Source of the DNA: the human T2T-CHM13v2.0 reference genome, Homo sapiens
Assembly: GCF_009914755.1 (NCBI RefSeq)
Contig: NC_060941.1
DNA length: 64,000 nucleotides
Strand: one strand, 5' to 3'
The position numbers were made by a program, and so were the translations under genes. This document shows, piece after piece, positions 62,330 through 64,000 of the stretch (within the stretch, counting starts at the first letter, position 1; the number at the start of each line of letters is the position of its first letter). The notes below the pieces were generated by a model. That model had not been told where the DNA came from. It saw only the letters and a program-made list of their open reading frames with translations, and ran no database searches.

Positions 62330-63695
62330 AAAAAAAGTGTTTTAAATAAAGTTTTATTTTACGTCTTTTTTTTACTTACACAGAAATCGTCAAAAAAAAA
62401 AAAAGCAGAGATTTCCCATGTAGCCGCAACCTAGTTTCCTCTCTTATTAACATCTTCTATCAGTGTGTCTCACATGGCTTATTAATATCTTACATAATTT
62501 GCCGCAGTTAATGAACCAATACTGATAGACTGTTATTAACTAAAGTTCATATTTCATTTGGATTCCCTTAGTTCTATCTTACTCTGACCCAGGATCCCAT
62601 CCAGGATCCCACACGACATGTAGTCATCACATAGGCTCTTCCTGGCTGTGACAGTGTGTTAGGCTTTCCATCTCATGATGACCTTCATAGCACTGAGGAG
62701 GACTGGTCAGGAATGTTGTAGAATGTCCCCCATTGTCACTTCATGTTCTCAAGGTGAACTGTCACCTTTGATGTTCACTTGGATCATTTGGCAGAGCTAA
62801 TGTTTGTCAGGTTTCTCCACTGTGAGGTTATTTCTCCTCCTTGTCCGCACTGCATGTGTTCTTTTGGAGCAAGTCACTATGCAGAGCCTCACTCCGTCAG
62901 GAGTTGGCTCCACCTTCTTGACGGCTGAGTGTCTACATCAATTATTTGGAATTCTTTTGCAAAGGAGATTTCTATGCAACTCCATTTGCTTATTCACCTA
63001 GGTATACAAATACAGACACCTAGATAATTACCTTAAGCTTTAGTTATTATTCAACACTACAGTATTATGTTGCACAATTCATTCCTGTGTTGGCCATCAG
63101 TAGCTGTTTTTATTGGCTCTTATTTTTCTTTGATATGTTTTAATTTTTTTGTACTTACTTTCTGATACTTCCAGATTATCCTGGCTCCTATATTTACTGT
63201 CCCAGTTCTAGTATCAGACATTTCTTCAAAGAGCCTGATTCCTTTCAGAATGGTAGGAAAACTTACATCTGGCTGCTGAATGAGCACATTGTATCTTCTC
63301 CCTCATTGGCAATGCTAGGAAGTATATGTGTGTGTCTAACCTACCTATACACACCTAATTATAAAGTTTTCTATGTAGAACTGTGTGTGTCTATATTAAA
63401 CTAAACATAAGTTTACATTGATGTCTCCACCTCTGATCTACTATCACATGAATCATTCTAGCCTTCTCGCCTTGCTAATTTGTAACCTCCCACTTCAACA
63501 GTAAGAAACCTGGTTCCCACCATCTGCGACTTATGTAAGTCATTGTTTTATTCCAGATACAGACACTGTGGTTTTACAATTGTTCACAATTGCTTCTGTT
63601 GGAAAGAACTTTATAAAATGGAATCCAATAATGAAGTATAGTTCATGTGCCTTCAGCCTACAGATTCTTTTCATTTTCAAAGTTTTTACCTAGAT
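62330..63695 (-). mobile_element. Old L1 (L1MC/L1MD-like) 3' region, antisense
   Basis: TAATGAACCAATACTGATA, CCCAGGATCCCATCCAGGAT, GTTTCTCCACTGT, CATTTCTTCAAAGAGCC, GTAAGAAACCTGGTTCCCA. Confidence 0.8.
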
Positions 63696-63696
63696 T

Positions 63697-64000
63697 TGTG
63701 TCTCAGTCCATTTTGTGCTTCTGTAACAGAATACCTGAGGCTGCGTAATTTATAAGTAAAAAAGTTTCATTTGTTTGACAATACTGGTGGCTGGAATGTG
63801 TGAGATTGGGCAGTTGCATCTGGCGGGGCCTCAGTCTTTTTCACCTCATGGTGGAAAGTGGAAGGGGAGCAAGGGGTGCACCAGAGATCACACAGCAGAA
63901 GTGAAAGCAAGAGGGAAGCCAAGGAAGCCAGACTCTTTTTAATTACCTACTCCTGCAGGAATTATCTATTCCTGTGAGAACAGAACTCACTCACCCCCAT
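63697..64000 (-). mobile_element. MST-family MaLR LTR, truncated by the window end
   Basis: TGTGTCTCAGTCCATTTTGTGCTTCTGTAACAGAATACCTGAGGCTG...AATTTATAAG...GCCAGACTCTTTT. Confidence 0.85.

Overview
Primate (most likely human) non-coding genomic DNA with a subtelomeric character: AluY/AluS/AluJ, MaLR and MER4-group LTRs, old L1/L2/MIR fragments, hAT/TcMar/MULE DNA-transposon relics and an unusually dense set of minisatellites. The left ~58 kb is GC-rich; the last ~5-6 kb is AT-rich and begins close to a degenerate (TTAGGG)n tract at ~60.2 kb. No protein-coding gene, tRNA, rRNA or CRISPR array can be supported, and all long ORFs are read-throughs of tandem repeats. From memory only (unverified), the right part resembles the subtelomeric duplicon shared by 2q37.3 and 1p36.33, which hosts spliced lncRNAs; BLAT would settle the location. 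The most notable structures are: (i) a CpG-island VNTR of nine 68-bp units, each with an invariant, co-oriented, near-consensus CTCF motif, six also with an E-box; (ii) an apparently perfect 223-bp inverted duplication around an 807-bp spacer; (iii) CpG islands and VNTRs that appear to have formed inside normally AT-rich old L1 sequence; (iv) a binary 79/52-bp array and a 206-bp higher-order minisatellite; (v) a chain of plus-strand candidate lncRNA exons, one with a hairpin, a Kozak ATG and a phase-0 donor next to the fossil telomere tract. Repeat subfamily names come from recalled consensus similarity, not from a RepeatMasker run.
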